Numbered from the stretch's first letter, positions 30,008-39,877 are shown. The stretch: DNA of 64,000 nucleotides from Candidatus Cloacimonadales bacterium (GCA_963662275.1 OY759316.1:3616001-3680000), one strand, 5' to 3'. Program-made: numbers and translations. Notes: a model not told the origin generated them from the letters alone.

Positions 30008-30895
30008 TCAAGGGGAAATCCTGACCAAGCGAAAGCCTATATCGCCGTAGCTGTAAGTCGAAGTGCTGTAGCTCCGAATGGAAACGGCGCAGTTGTTGTC
30101 ATTGCTGTACCAGCCACCGCCGCGTAGCACACGGTATGACCCGCTGACAGCGCCATGCGGGTTGGTCTGTGCACTACCCGGATAAGCACCATAAATGTCC
30201 CAATTCCACTCCCAGATGTTGCCACTCATATCATATAAGTCCAGTTCATTGGCTGTTTTCGTTCCAACTGTGTGACTCGTGCCACCAGAGTTATCACCAT
30301 ACCAAGCCACAATACCTAGCGTGTTACTGCCACTATAGGTATAACCATGAGTTGAGTTTCCACCCTTTGCAGCAAACTCCCATTCCGCTTCCGTAGGTAG
30401 ACGATAGCCATTGGCTGTCCAACTACAGGAGACATTGGTGTGATTGTTATAGTCTGTGTTCCAACCTGCAGGCCAGTCTGCAGGATTAGTCCCATAAGTA
30501 CTATAACTGTAGCAGGGAGTTATACCTTCATTCAAGCTGCGCCTGTTGCAATACTCAATGGTATTGAACCAGGAAACCTGTTCAACTGGTCCATTGGTCA
30601 CGCCAGTGAAATAGGAAGGATTCACTCCCATCACTGTCTGATAAGCAGACTGTGTCAGCTCATACTTATCCATGTAAAAGGAGGATACAGTTACATCAGA
30701 TGTGCCGTTATTGAAAGTACCGCCTGGAACAAGGATCATCTGGACAGGAGTTGTTCCCTGGCTGAAAGTGATATCCGTGATTTCATTCAGATTAAAAGTG
30801 GTTGTACCGTTTGTAGTATGCACATTCATCTGAGTCTGCGCAAAAAGAAAAGATGTAAAAAGTATAAGGCAGCTAATCAATAATATTTTGTACAT
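30008..30895 (-). CDS. Secreted FGE-sulfatase/CLec-fold protein, candidate DGR target
   Basis: Signal peptide; MILVPGGTF, PVEQVSW, YRLPTEAEWEFAA, NELDLYDMSGNIWEW, RVLRGGGW...GFRLVR. Confidence 0.9.
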   Translation of the reverse strand: MYKILLISCLILFTSFLFAQTQMNVHTTNGTTTFNLNEITDITFSQGTTPVQMILVPGGTFNNGTSDVTVSSFYMDKYELTQSAYQTVMGVNPSYFTGVTNGPVEQVSWFNTIEYCNRRSLNEGITPCYSYSTYGTNPADWPAGWNTDYNNHTNVSCSWTANGYRLPTEAEWEFAAKGGNSTHGYTYSGSNTLGIVAWYGDNSGGTSHTVGTKTANELDLYDMSGNIWEWNWDIYGAYPGSAQTNPHGAVSGSYRVLRGGGWYSNDNNCAVSIRSYSTSTYSYGDIGFRLVRISP

Positions 30896-30904
30896 CGTAT
30901 GCTC

Positions 30905-31357
30905 CTATTTTAACATCAGCATTTTATTGACTTTGATTTGGTCATTGCACTTGACCTTATAAATATAAGGACCCGTGGCACATGCTTTCCCGGTTTCATT
31001 CAAGCCGTTCCAGGTCAGTTCGTGTACTCCTTTAGTCATATACTCTTTTGCCAGAACCTTTACCAATTGCCCTCTAATGTTATAAATTGCTACTTCTGTC
31101 TGATACGGTTCCGACAATTCAAACTTGATTATGGTTGAGGGATTAAACGGATTGGGGTAATTGGTTAAAAACTTAATGGGGACTTTAGACAGGAACGCAA
31201 CCCAATCATTATTGGAGACATTGCTGAAATTGATCTGCTGAATATCCTGAACCTGGAACTCCGCAGTAGTTCCATTTGTGAGATGGACATACATGACATC
31301 ACAATACAACAGAAACGGAATCAGAATTAATAAAACGAGGAATATAACTCTGAACAT
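30905..31357 (-). CDS. Small secreted protein: short N-terminal motif + FlgD-Ig/T9SS-like CTD
   Basis: Signal peptide, RBS AGGAGG; NYPNPFNPST...IYNIRGQLVK...WNG...NKMLMLK. Confidence 0.87.
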   Translation of the reverse strand: MFRVIFLVLLILIPFLLYCDVMYVHLTNGTTAEFQVQDIQQINFSNVSNNDWVAFLSKVPIKFLTNYPNPFNPSTIIKFELSEPYQTEVAIYNIRGQLVKVLAKEYMTKGVHELTWNGLNETGKACATGPYIYKVKCNDQIKVNKMLMLK

Positions 31358-31519
31358 ACAAACCTCCTTGCTGGTGATATTGGGTTATCTATCAACCAGG
31401 ATAAAACGTATTAACAAACTTGTTTTAATTACTAGTTCAATTAGTAAAAATTTAAGTTACTTAGTCAATATCTAAATTTGCAGCAGAAGGGGACAGGTTC
31501 AAGATGAATAGCAGAAATA

Positions 31520-32105
31520 GACCCCCCTACCCCCCTTCTCAAGGGGGGATAATCATTAACGCCCCCCTTCTCAATGGGAAACTATCCTAAAAATCCTCCC
31601 TTCTCAAGGGAAAACTATCCTTAAAATCCCCCTCCTCAAGGGGAAACTATCCTTAAAATCCCCCTTCTCAAGGGGAAACTATCCTTAAAATCCCCCTTCT
31701 CAATGGGAAACTATCCTAAAAATCCTCCCTTCTCAAGGGAAAACTATCCTTAAAATCCCCCTTCTCAATGGGAAACTATCCTAAAAATCCTCCCTTCTCA
31801 AGGGAAAACTATCCTTAAAATCCCCCTTCTCAAGGGGAAACTATCCTAAAAATCCTCCCTTCTCAAGGGGAAACTATCCTTAAAATCCCCCTTCTCAAGG
31901 GGAAACTATCCTTAAAATCCTCCCTTCTCAAGGGGGAAACTATCCTTAAAATCCCCCCTTCTCAAGGGGAAACTATCCTTAAAATCCCCCTCCTCAAGGG
32001 GAAACTATCCTTAAAATTCCCCTCCTCAAGGGGGAAACCTTAAAATCCCCCCTCCTCAAGGGGGAAACCTTAAAATCCCCCCTTGAGAAGGGGGGTAGGG
32101 GGGTC
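31520..32105. repeat. Array of 17 direct ~32-bp hairpin units plus one inverted unit, bounded by a perfect 30-bp inverted repeat
   Basis: Unit aaactatccttaaaatcccccttctcaagggg; ends gacccccctaccccccttctcaagggggga (31520-31549) and its reverse complement (32076-32105). Confidence 0.93.
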
Positions 32106-32229
32106 GTTCTTCATTCAAAACTCTTTTCCTGTTCAACAGTTTTTTTACAAGGTATTCTCTTTGTGGGATTATTTCGGTTAAGAGCTCTTCACTTTTAGAC
32201 AGCTTTAGGATGATCGAAAAAGCATTGCG

Positions 32230-33453
32230 TCATTTCATCAACACCAGCTTTCTGCTTGTTGCCTTCCCTTCAATGCTTATCCTGGCAAAATACACACCGG
32301 AAGCAACTGCAGAACCATTATCATCTGTCCCATTCCACAATACCTGATGATTACCCTGTGTGAAATGCTCATTCAGTAAACTTTTCACTTTCTGACCGCG
32401 GATGTTATAGATATCCAGATTCACTAATCCGGCTTTGGGAAGATCGAAGCTGATAGTGGTAGTTGGGTTGAAGGGATTGGGGTAGTTGGTGATTTCTAAT
32501 TCGGTAAGAAAAGAAATCGCAGGATCATTATTTGAAGTTAGATCAACCCAATAATATTGATAATTTTTGTAATTGTTCCAAGTGTCATTTTCAAACAATT
32601 GTTCAGTAATATCATATAGGTTATTATTAGCATCATATGTGTAAATAGTCTGATAATTATCAACCCATTGATTTGGGATTTGATAATAGTAGAATTGATT
32701 CACATGAGAAATAGTATTGGAAGAATTATAAGTATAGATATTTTTAATTTGATTTATCCAGTCTGTATCACCCCAGTATTGAAATACTTCGACACTTAAT
32801 AGATCTCCGTCATATGTTGCTGAATATCTACTTGAATTGTTCCAAGTATTATTTATCCAATCTTTCATCACATAAGAAATCTGATGTCCCTGTTCATCAT
32901 ACCCATATACTTTACTCTGTGCATCCTCCCATTGATTTAAATTCCACCACTTGAGAGAATCTGCAGAAACATGACCATTTGCATCATATTCATAAATTGA
33001 TTTGTGATAATTCTCCCATCCATTTTGCCATACCTGATCTAGTAATTCCATTACTTTATTTTCACTGTCGTATGTCGGAATTGAGCGACTTTCATTTTGT
33101 AATTCACCGTTATACTGATGTTGCGTCAAAGAAAGATTATATAAACCTGCATCATTGTAAGTCCACGATGTTACTTTTGATAGCATCCAATTAGAATATC
33201 CGGGTATAAGATAATCATGATAAATTAATCGCCCATTTTGATCATACTCAAATTGTTCTAGGTTCATAGCAGTCCATTCGGTTGTATATTCCCTTCCGTA
33301 AATATTATCAATATACCAGCCTCGTATAGGATTAGTATTAAAATTGCTAATTTTGGACAGAGTCAAATTGCTAGGAATAAGGGTCTGATTTGAAATCCCT
33401 AAAATTATAAATGGTATTAATATAAAAACTAAAGACAATCCTTTTTTTTTCAT
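32230..33453 (-). CDS. Secreted Tyr/Trp-rich beta-hairpin repeat protein (YxYDxxG repeats) with CTD
   Basis: Start ATG 33453 with RBS GGAGG; repeated W-x-N...YxYD motifs; NYPNPFNPTT...ASGVYFAR...RKLVLMK. Confidence 0.85.
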   Translation of the reverse strand: MKKKGLSLVFILIPFIILGISNQTLIPSNLTLSKISNFNTNPIRGWYIDNIYGREYTTEWTAMNLEQFEYDQNGRLIYHDYLIPGYSNWMLSKVTSWTYNDAGLYNLSLTQHQYNGELQNESRSIPTYDSENKVMELLDQVWQNGWENYHKSIYEYDANGHVSADSLKWWNLNQWEDAQSKVYGYDEQGHQISYVMKDWINNTWNNSSRYSATYDGDLLSVEVFQYWGDTDWINQIKNIYTYNSSNTISHVNQFYYYQIPNQWVDNYQTIYTYDANNNLYDITEQLFENDTWNNYKNYQYYWVDLTSNNDPAISFLTELEITNYPNPFNPTTTISFDLPKAGLVNLDIYNIRGQKVKSLLNEHFTQGNHQVLWNGTDDNGSAVASGVYFARISIEGKATSRKLVLMK

Positions 33454-33592
33454 TTTATCCTCCATTTTTTACTCTTATAGTAAGAAAGAAATACGATTCA
33501 TGTCAATTGATTTGTTTTCATAATATCTAAATGATTACTGATGCAGAAGGTGCCAGGTGACAGGTTTCAGGTGTCAGAGGCAGAGCAGAACT

Positions 33593-33636
33593 AACTCTCC
33601 GACTTAAGGTCACTTCCCTTTGCAAAAGGGAGGAAT
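33593..33636. repeat. Single arm of the CTCCCTTT/AAAGGGAG repeat family
   Basis: aactctccgacttaaggtcacttccctttgcaaaagggaggaat matches the unit at about 7172-7216. Confidence 0.7.
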
Positions 33637-33648
33637 TAACGGGCAATA

Positions 33649-35760
33649 ATCGAGTAGGGTGATGCTGGCTAATTAATTCCAGCATCATCCCTCTCACAGA
33701 ACCGTGCGTACGGGTCTCGTACACGGCTCCTGATAATCCTTGTAATTACTCGTAGTAATTAAATAAAACACTTGTCTGAAGTGATGTCAAATCAAACAAC
33801 TTCATTTCTTCAAACCACTTGTTCGGCAAGGCAAAGCATAAGTGGAAGCTCTGAGCGTTACGCCATCTGGTCATAGATAGTTTTGGGCATTCTCCCTTGA
33901 AGCCTTGTCTGCGCATTGCTTTATGGAATGCTTTCCAGCTCTTCCATTCACGCATCTTCTTCATTCGAAGCCTCCTTCGTATCCATTCCATCAGGCTCGC
34001 AAAGATGCTTTTACAACTCGCAACTTTGAAATAGTTACCCCATCCCCTTAGTACAGGATTCAGGCTTCCTATCGTCATGGATATTGGGATGCCACTGTTG
34101 CGGGGAGTAAGCTTACGTATCTTATCCTTGAAACGTTTCAAACGCTCCTTGTCGATGCAGACACGGCTTCCTTTGATGAAAAATCCCAGATAGCTGATTC
34201 CTGTTTCGACACTGCTGATATGAGTCTTTTCCAGATTGACTTGCAAGCGAAGTTCTTCAAGTATCGCTGTCGCGATCCTTTGATATTGCTCTGCCTTTTT
34301 CCTGGTCGGAGCAAATATCAGGATGTCATCAGCATAACGTACTATCCTGATGTTCCGCTGTTTCATCCTCTGGTCGAACTCATCCAGATAGATATTCATC
34401 AATAAGGGTGAGATTACTCCACCTTGCGGACTGCCTATCTCAGTAGCTTTGAAATCCCCATCGACCATTACTCCTGATTTGAGAAAACGGCTGATTAATC
34501 TCAGCAATGTACCATCACTGATTTTCCTGTTCAGACGGCTCAATATCAGTTCGTGGTCTAAGGTGTCAAAACACTTGGATAAGTCCATATTCACAGCATA
34601 ACCCAAATTGTACGCTGTAAGAAAACGCTGAGCTTTCGCTACGGCATGTTGGCAAGACCGATGCGGTCTGTAACCATAACTGGACGGATGGAAGTCAGGC
34701 TCAAATATCGGTTGTATGATATTCAGGATTGCCTGCTGCACTACTCTGTCTCTTACCGTTGGAATGCCAAGCGGTCTCATTTTGCCATTGGGTTTGGGTA
34801 TCTCTAACCGCCTTACAGGTGATGGCTCGTAAGTACCTGCCATTAGTTCGTCGTGAAGTTGGTTGATGTTCACTGCCAGTTGTTCGTCAAAGTTTTCTAT
34901 ACTCTGCCCATCAATGCCTGATGCACCTTTATTCCGTTTCACCGAAGTAAAGGAAGCATACAAATTGGGCAGGGAGTACACCTTGTCGATTAAGCTGTAG
35001 TATTTTCTCATGACATTTCCTGTCTCATTGTGATTCGTTTTGCGGTGTTCATCGAGGATGAATGTCTCTTCATCAGGGTGTCCTGCCTTCTTTAGCATAT
35101 AGCAATATGACAGAACTGCTGCTTTTGAGCTTTGCCTGACTAATCAGTCTCGTGCGGTCGGGGTTGAAAGGAAGTTCGTCACCACTGTCAAACCGAGCCT
35201 CGAAGCATTTCAGCTTCTTCCTTCGTTTCTCACTTTTCATCGATTACTTTCCACATTTCAAATCATCCCTTTGGATTATCTTCATCCCTTCGCATGAACT
35301 GTATCCTTTTGAGATACAGCCCTCAGCATTACCGTGAATGCTGTCCCTTTTGTTTTATCCTCCAGACTGTCACCAGCTTTCATAGGCAAAAGGTTTGTCA
35401 CTACTACGGAATCATCTGCCACCTGCTATCGCTTGGCTTCTCACTTATCTTTCAACTTGATCGAAACGACTACCTTAAGTAGACAATAACAGGCTTCCCC
35501 AGTTAAGTTCTCCTGCCTGAATATGAAGCCATCTGTCATAATCTGTAGAGATATCCAGCTTTCGGGCTTTCCCACTTTTTGAAAGGTTACCCACTCTACA
35601 AACCAACATCAGTTCACTTGCGCTATGTTCCATATTCCCTCTGCGTCTTACTTCAGACCCTGCCGTTGCCGGCAACGCCCTTGACCTCGAGTTGACTTCC
35701 CGCTGATTAGGTGTCAGGACTTCTTCCAGTCCATCGGCGCAGAAAACATTCTGGGCAAAC
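33649..35760 (-). mobile_element. Group II intron, class C-like (terminator-targeting), ~2.1 kb
   Basis: 5' end GTTTGCCCAGAATG right after a hairpin + T6; domain V GAGCCGTGTACGAGACCCGTACGCACGGTTC, domain VI ending CCCTACTCGAT; encodes an RT/maturase. Confidence 0.9.
33746..35011 (-). CDS. ltrA: Group II intron reverse transcriptase/maturase, no endonuclease domain
   Basis: RPLGIPTVRDRVVQQA, SYGYRP, DLSKCFD, GSPQGGVISPLLMNIYL, RYADD, RGWGNYF thumb; probable start MRKYYSLIDK at 35011. Confidence 0.93.
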   Translation of the reverse strand: MRKYYSLIDKVYSLPNLYASFTSVKRNKGASGIDGQSIENFDEQLAVNINQLHDELMAGTYEPSPVRRLEIPKPNGKMRPLGIPTVRDRVVQQAILNIIQPIFEPDFHPSSYGYRPHRSCQHAVAKAQRFLTAYNLGYAVNMDLSKCFDTLDHELILSRLNRKISDGTLLRLISRFLKSGVMVDGDFKATEIGSPQGGVISPLLMNIYLDEFDQRMKQRNIRIVRYADDILIFAPTRKKAEQYQRIATAILEELRLQVNLEKTHISSVETGISYLGFFIKGSRVCIDKERLKRFKDKIRKLTPRNSGIPISMTIGSLNPVLRGWGNYFKVASCKSIFASLMEWIRRRLRMKKMREWKSWKAFHKAMRRQGFKGECPKLSMTRWRNAQSFHLCFALPNKWFEEMKLFDLTSLQTSVLFNYYE

Positions 35761-35792
35761 AAAAAAGAGACGCCCGAGTTGGGCGTCTCTAC
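35761..35792 (-). terminator. REP-derived intrinsic terminator of the ribosomal protein operon
   Basis: Minus strand gtagagacgcccaactcgggcgtctc + TTTTTT, about 20 nt after the rplQ stop. Confidence 0.82.
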
Positions 35793-35812
35793 ATTTATTT
35801 ACAAAGAATAAT

Positions 35813-36292
35813 CTACTTTGTTAGTTTTGCTACAGTATCTTTTAAAGGATTCTTTGCTTTGGTTGTTTTTTTCTTAGTTTTTGCGATATCTTTAGTAAGA
35901 TCCTTTGCACTGATATGATCGTGTTTCTTTTCATCCGCACCTTCCACAAATTCAATGATTGCCATAGCAGCAGCATCACCTTTGCGGTAGCCGTTTTTAA
36001 TGACACGTGTATATCCGCCGTTCCGTTCGGTATAGCGGGGTGCGATCTCAGTAAAGAGCTTTTTCACAAGGTCACGGCTGCCAAGAATGATGAAAGCCAT
36101 ACGACGATGATGAACACTATCTGATTTTGCATAAGTGACACAACGTTCAGCCATGCTCCGCATTTCTTTTGCTTTTTCTACCGTTGTGGTCAATCTTCCA
36201 TGTTCCACAAGAGAGCGAACCAGGTTTCTTAACATGGCATTGCGATGGTCAGCTTCGCGACCAAATTTTCTTCCAGCTAATCTATGTCTCAT
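35813..36292 (-). CDS. rplQ: 50S ribosomal protein L17
   Basis: MRHR...RNGGYTRVIK...RKGDAA; Lys-rich tail. Confidence 0.97.
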   Translation of the reverse strand: MRHRLAGRKFGREADHRNAMLRNLVRSLVEHGRLTTTVEKAKEMRSMAERCVTYAKSDSVHHRRMAFIILGSRDLVKKLFTEIAPRYTERNGGYTRVIKNGYRKGDAAAMAIIEFVEGADEKKHDHISAKDLTKDIAKTKKKTTKAKNPLKDTVAKLTK

Positions 36293-36295
36293 TGC

Positions 36296-37315
36296 TTACA
36301 CCTTCTTCTTCATAATAACGCGATTTTTGGCTTCCTCAATACGTCCATATATCTCATCGATATCCATGCCGAGAGTTAACTCATATTTGTCCAGGAGAGC
36401 GGTGATTTCATCAAGGGATTTCTTACCAAAATTACGATACTTTAGCATTTCCGGTTCAGACTTTCCGACTAAATCTCCAATAGTTTCAATATGAGCTGCT
36501 GATAGGCAATTCGCAGAACGAACCGTCAGTTCGAGTTCTTTGACGCTCATATGCAGGAGTTTATCAAGACGTTCTAAGTCCGGATCCATCTGGATTTCTT
36601 CCACATATTCAGGTTCCTCTTCGAAAAGAGAAATCTTTGAATAGAGGTCTTTTAATATCTTTGCTGAAAGGAACAAGGCAAATTTTGGATCGATACTGCC
36701 ATTTGTCTGGATATCGATGGTCAATTTGTCATAATTCATTTTCTCTTTCACTCGCTGGTGGCTAATCACAAAATTAACTTTGATGACAGGAGAATAGATA
36801 GAATCAATTGGAATCACGCCAATTGGTTTATCTTCCATTTCCTGTTTGTCAGCAGGTATATAACCGCGACCAGAGCCAGCCCAGAGTTCAAGACGAAAAT
36901 CGATATCTTCTGTTACTTCCAAAAGATACATATCTTTGTTAATGATTTCCACATCAGCAGGTGCAACGATCTCAGCGGCGGTAACAATACCTTTTCCCTT
37001 ATGTTCAAGAACCATTGTCACTTCGTTGAGATTGCTGATTTTCATAACAAGCTGTTTGATACGTAAGATCAGATCAATGTAATCTGAATTCGTTCCCGGG
37101 ATGGGTGAAAATTCATGATGAAGACCTTCGATACGAATATATCGAACAGCAGCGCCCTGGATCGATGACAGCAGAACTCTTCTCAGGGTATTGCCAATGG
37201 TAGTCCCGAATCCGGGTTCTAAGGGACCAATATCAAATTTACCGAAGGTAGAAGTATAAGTTTCTTTCTCAACATCCACTTTTTCGGGCATTTGTAAGGG
37301 TTCAAGAAGCATCAT
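36296..37315 (-). CDS. rpoA: RNA polymerase subunit alpha
   Basis: PLEPGFGTTIGNTLRRVLLSS; LELTVRSANCL...NFGKKSLDEI. Confidence 0.98.
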   Translation of the reverse strand: MMLLEPLQMPEKVDVEKETYTSTFGKFDIGPLEPGFGTTIGNTLRRVLLSSIQGAAVRYIRIEGLHHEFSPIPGTNSDYIDLILRIKQLVMKISNLNEVTMVLEHKGKGIVTAAEIVAPADVEIINKDMYLLEVTEDIDFRLELWAGSGRGYIPADKQEMEDKPIGVIPIDSIYSPVIKVNFVISHQRVKEKMNYDKLTIDIQTNGSIDPKFALFLSAKILKDLYSKISLFEEEPEYVEEIQMDPDLERLDKLLHMSVKELELTVRSANCLSAAHIETIGDLVGKSEPEMLKYRNFGKKSLDEITALLDKYELTLGMDIDEIYGRIEEAKNRVIMKKKV

Positions 37316-37332
37316 AACGCGACTCCTATTGA

Positions 37333-37956
37333 CTATTTCGAGTAAAATTCAACGATTAGACGTAAATCCACCTGGATGGGAATCAATTCGACTTCCGGCA
37401 CTGTAAGGAATTCGCCCCTGAAGATGTTTTTATCAACAGCAAGCCAGGTATAAGGACTGGTTAGGCTTGTCATTTCCATAGCTTCAAGGAGAGCCTTCAT
37501 CGTACGGCTTTTTTCGTGGATTTCGATGACATCACCGGGCGATACCAGGTAAGAAGGAATATCAACACGTTTGCCATTGATCAAGATGTGTCCGTGATTC
37601 ACGAACTGTCTTGATTGCATACGTGTTACTGCAAAGCCCAGGCGATAAACGACATTATCGAGTCTGCGTTCGAGTAAGCGTAGTAAGTTGTCACCAGTGA
37701 CACCCTGCATTTTTTCAGCTTTAAAAAATAGATTACGGAATTGTTTTTCCATTAATCCATAAGTAAAACGCAGTTTTTGTTTTTCTTTTAAATGTAAACC
37801 ATAATCACTGATCTTTCTGCGTTGGGCTTTATCTTTCCCATGCTGTCCTGATCCATATGGTCTTTTTCCTAAAATCTTATCGTATTTAGCGGTGCCGAAA
37901 AGATTCTCATTGAATCTGCGGCATAGTTTTGCTTTCGGTCCAGTATAACGTGCCAT
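37333..37956 (-). CDS. rpsD: 30S ribosomal protein S4
   Basis: MARYTGP, LERRLDNVVYRLG, IVEFYSK. Confidence 0.98.
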   Translation of the reverse strand: MARYTGPKAKLCRRFNENLFGTAKYDKILGKRPYGSGQHGKDKAQRRKISDYGLHLKEKQKLRFTYGLMEKQFRNLFFKAEKMQGVTGDNLLRLLERRLDNVVYRLGFAVTRMQSRQFVNHGHILINGKRVDIPSYLVSPGDVIEIHEKSRTMKALLEAMEMTSLTSPYTWLAVDKNIFRGEFLTVPEVELIPIQVDLRLIVEFYSK

Positions 37957-37970
37957 TTAAATAGCCTCCA

Positions 37971-38363
37971 TCAGATTCTTCTTGCTTTGGGTGGACGACA
38001 ACCGTTGTGAGGAATCGGAGTCGAATCTTTAATCGCCAAAACCCTGATACCTGCTGCATTTAATGCACGAATGGCAGATTCTCTTCCACCACCGGGACCT
38101 TTCACAATAACGGATACTTTACTAATTCCCATATCGATTGCAGTTTTCGCAACTTCTTCCGCAGCCATCTGAGCAGCAAAAGGAGTACTTTTACGAGAAC
38201 CCTTATAACCGATCTTACCGCCACTTGACCAAACCAATACATTTCCGGCTTTATCCGTGATGGAGACGATCGTATTATTAAAACTGGAGTGGATGAAGGC
38301 AATACCTTCGTCAAAAGCCAGACGTACGCGTTTTTTCTTTGTCTTTACTTTCTTGGTTGCCAT
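37971..38363 (-). CDS. rpsK: 30S ribosomal protein S11
   Basis: [30 protein letters not shown]. Confidence 0.98.
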   Translation of the reverse strand: MATKKVKTKKKRVRLAFDEGIAFIHSSFNNTIVSITDKAGNVLVWSSGGKIGYKGSRKSTPFAAQMAAEEVAKTAIDMGISKVSVIVKGPGGGRESAIRALNAAGIRVLAIKDSTPIPHNGCRPPKARRI

Positions 38364-38371
38364 CTCTTCTC

Positions 38372-38740
38372 CTACTTCTTCTTTTTCAAGGCACCAGGTC
38401 TTGGGCCTTTACGAGTTCTAGCATTCGTGTGAGTACGTTGCCCACGAACAGGAAGACCTCTTTTATGACGGATACCACGATAGCAGCCGATTTCCATCAG
38501 ACGCTTTATGTTCATGGCAATCGTTGTGCGAAGAGAACCTTCCACCACGTAATCATTCTGAATAATATCTCTCAAGATCTTTTCTTCGTCCATACTCAGA
38601 TCCTGTACTTTCTTACTTTCGTCAATATTGGCTTTTTGTAAGATCTCTTGGGAAATGGATCTGCCAATCCCATAGATATAAGTCAAGCCAATGACGACCC
38701 GTTTGCTTTTAGGTAATTCAACTCCTGCTATATGTGCCAA
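38372..38740 (-). CDS. rpsM: 30S ribosomal protein S13
   Basis: [30 protein letters not shown] start. Confidence 0.98.
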   Translation of the reverse strand: MAHIAGVELPKSKRVVIGLTYIYGIGRSISQEILQKANIDESKKVQDLSMDEEKILRDIIQNDYVVEGSLRTTIAMNIKRLMEIGCYRGIRHKRGLPVRGQRTHTNARTRKGPRPGALKKKK

Positions 38741-38758
38741 GCTGCTTCCTCCTTGTTC

Positions 38759-38875
38759 TTAGCCCTGACGCTGCTTATGCTTCGGGTTAGTCTTACAGAT
38801 AACCATAACAACGCCATGTCGCTTAATAACCCTGCAATCTTTGCAGATTACTTTTACAGATGCTTTGACCTTCAT
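38759..38875 (-). CDS. rpmJ: 50S ribosomal protein L36 (Zn-binding form)
   Basis: Below track cutoff; manual translation [38 protein letters not shown]. Confidence 0.97.
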   Translation of the reverse strand: MKVKASVKVICKDCRVIKRHGVVMVICKTNPKHKQRQG

Positions 38876-38883
38876 GTTGTCTC

Positions 38884-39105
38884 CTATTTATAACGATACG
38901 TAATTCTGCCACGGGTAAGATCGTAAGGAGAAAGTTCCACCTTAACCTTATCCCCTGGAAGGATACGAATATAATTCATACGCATCTTGCCGGAACTGTG
39001 GGCAAGGATCTCATGACCGTTTTCAAGTTCGACTTTGAATGTGGTATTTGGCAAGGCTTCCTTGACGATTCCTTCCACTTCAATGACTCCAGTTTTTGCT
39101 GTCAT
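38884..39105 (-). CDS. infA: Translation initiation factor IF-1
   Basis: [29 protein letters not shown]. Confidence 0.98.
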   Translation of the reverse strand: MTAKTGVIEVEGIVKEALPNTTFKVELENGHEILAHSSGKMRMNYIRILPGDKVKVELSPYDLTRGRITYRYK

Positions 39106-39115
39106 TTGTCCTTTC

Positions 39116-39874
39116 CTATTTAACGCTTAAAATTATGGGTTGATCATTCGTTATGAGGATTGTATGCTCGAAATGAGCAGACAGGGAATTATCGGCTACG
39201 AAAAATTCCCAACCCTTTTCTTTCACTCGATTGGTTCCGACATTGACCATTGGTTCAATCGCCAGAGTCATACCCGGCTGTAACCTTAAGCCTCTATCTT
39301 TCTTTCCTGAGTTCGGAATCATGGGTTCTTCATGCAGTTGTTTGCCAACACCGTGACCGGTGAGATCATCTGCAACGAAATAACCTTGTTCCTGAACATA
39401 GGAACCAATTGCATTGGATATATCCCCTACCCGTTTACCGGGAAGAGCTGCTGAAATTCCCAGCTCTAATGCTTTTTGGGTCACTGTCATCAGTCTCTCT
39501 GCTTCTGCAGAAATGTTGCCAACAGCATAAGTCCAAGCTGCATCACCATAGTACCCATCTTTAATAACACCCACATCGACTCCAAGAATATCACCGTCCT
39601 TCAAGATAACTTTTTCTGAAGGTATCCCATGAACAATAGCTGAGTTCACAGAAGTACATAGTGTTCCTGGAAATGGAGGTAATCCGGGTACCTGGTAACC
39701 TTTAAAAGCCGGTATTCCATCTTCTGAACGAATTAATTCCTCAGCATAGCGATCTAATTCCATAGTACTGATACCAGGTTTTATCAGATCCTTCAATGCG
39801 TCAAGCAACAGTCCGACAATACGGCTTGCTTCCCTGATTTTTCGGATTTCTTCGTCAGTTTTGATATATACCAT
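39116..39874 (-). CDS. map: Methionine aminopeptidase type I
   Basis: CTSVN..IVHGIP, GYYGD, GHGVG..LHEEP, AIEPM, SAHFEHT. Confidence 0.97.
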   Translation of the reverse strand: MVYIKTDEEIRKIREASRIVGLLLDALKDLIKPGISTMELDRYAEELIRSEDGIPAFKGYQVPGLPPFPGTLCTSVNSAIVHGIPSEKVILKDGDILGVDVGVIKDGYYGDAAWTYAVGNISAEAERLMTVTQKALELGISAALPGKRVGDISNAIGSYVQEQGYFVADDLTGHGVGKQLHEEPMIPNSGKKDRGLRLQPGMTLAIEPMVNVGTNRVKEKGWEFFVADNSLSAHFEHTILITNDQPIILSVK

Positions 39875-39877
39875 CGT

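Noticed and set aside
31520..32105. CRISPR array or G-quadruplex cluster
   Set aside because: No unique spacers; G-runs are paired with adjacent C-runs in hairpins and spaced about 32 nt apart.
30008..35098. RT near an FGE/CLec gene as a complete DGR cassette
   Set aside because: The RT has group II intron motifs (PQGG, YADD, maturase thumb) and sits inside an intron with domains V/VI; no template repeat or avd gene was seen.
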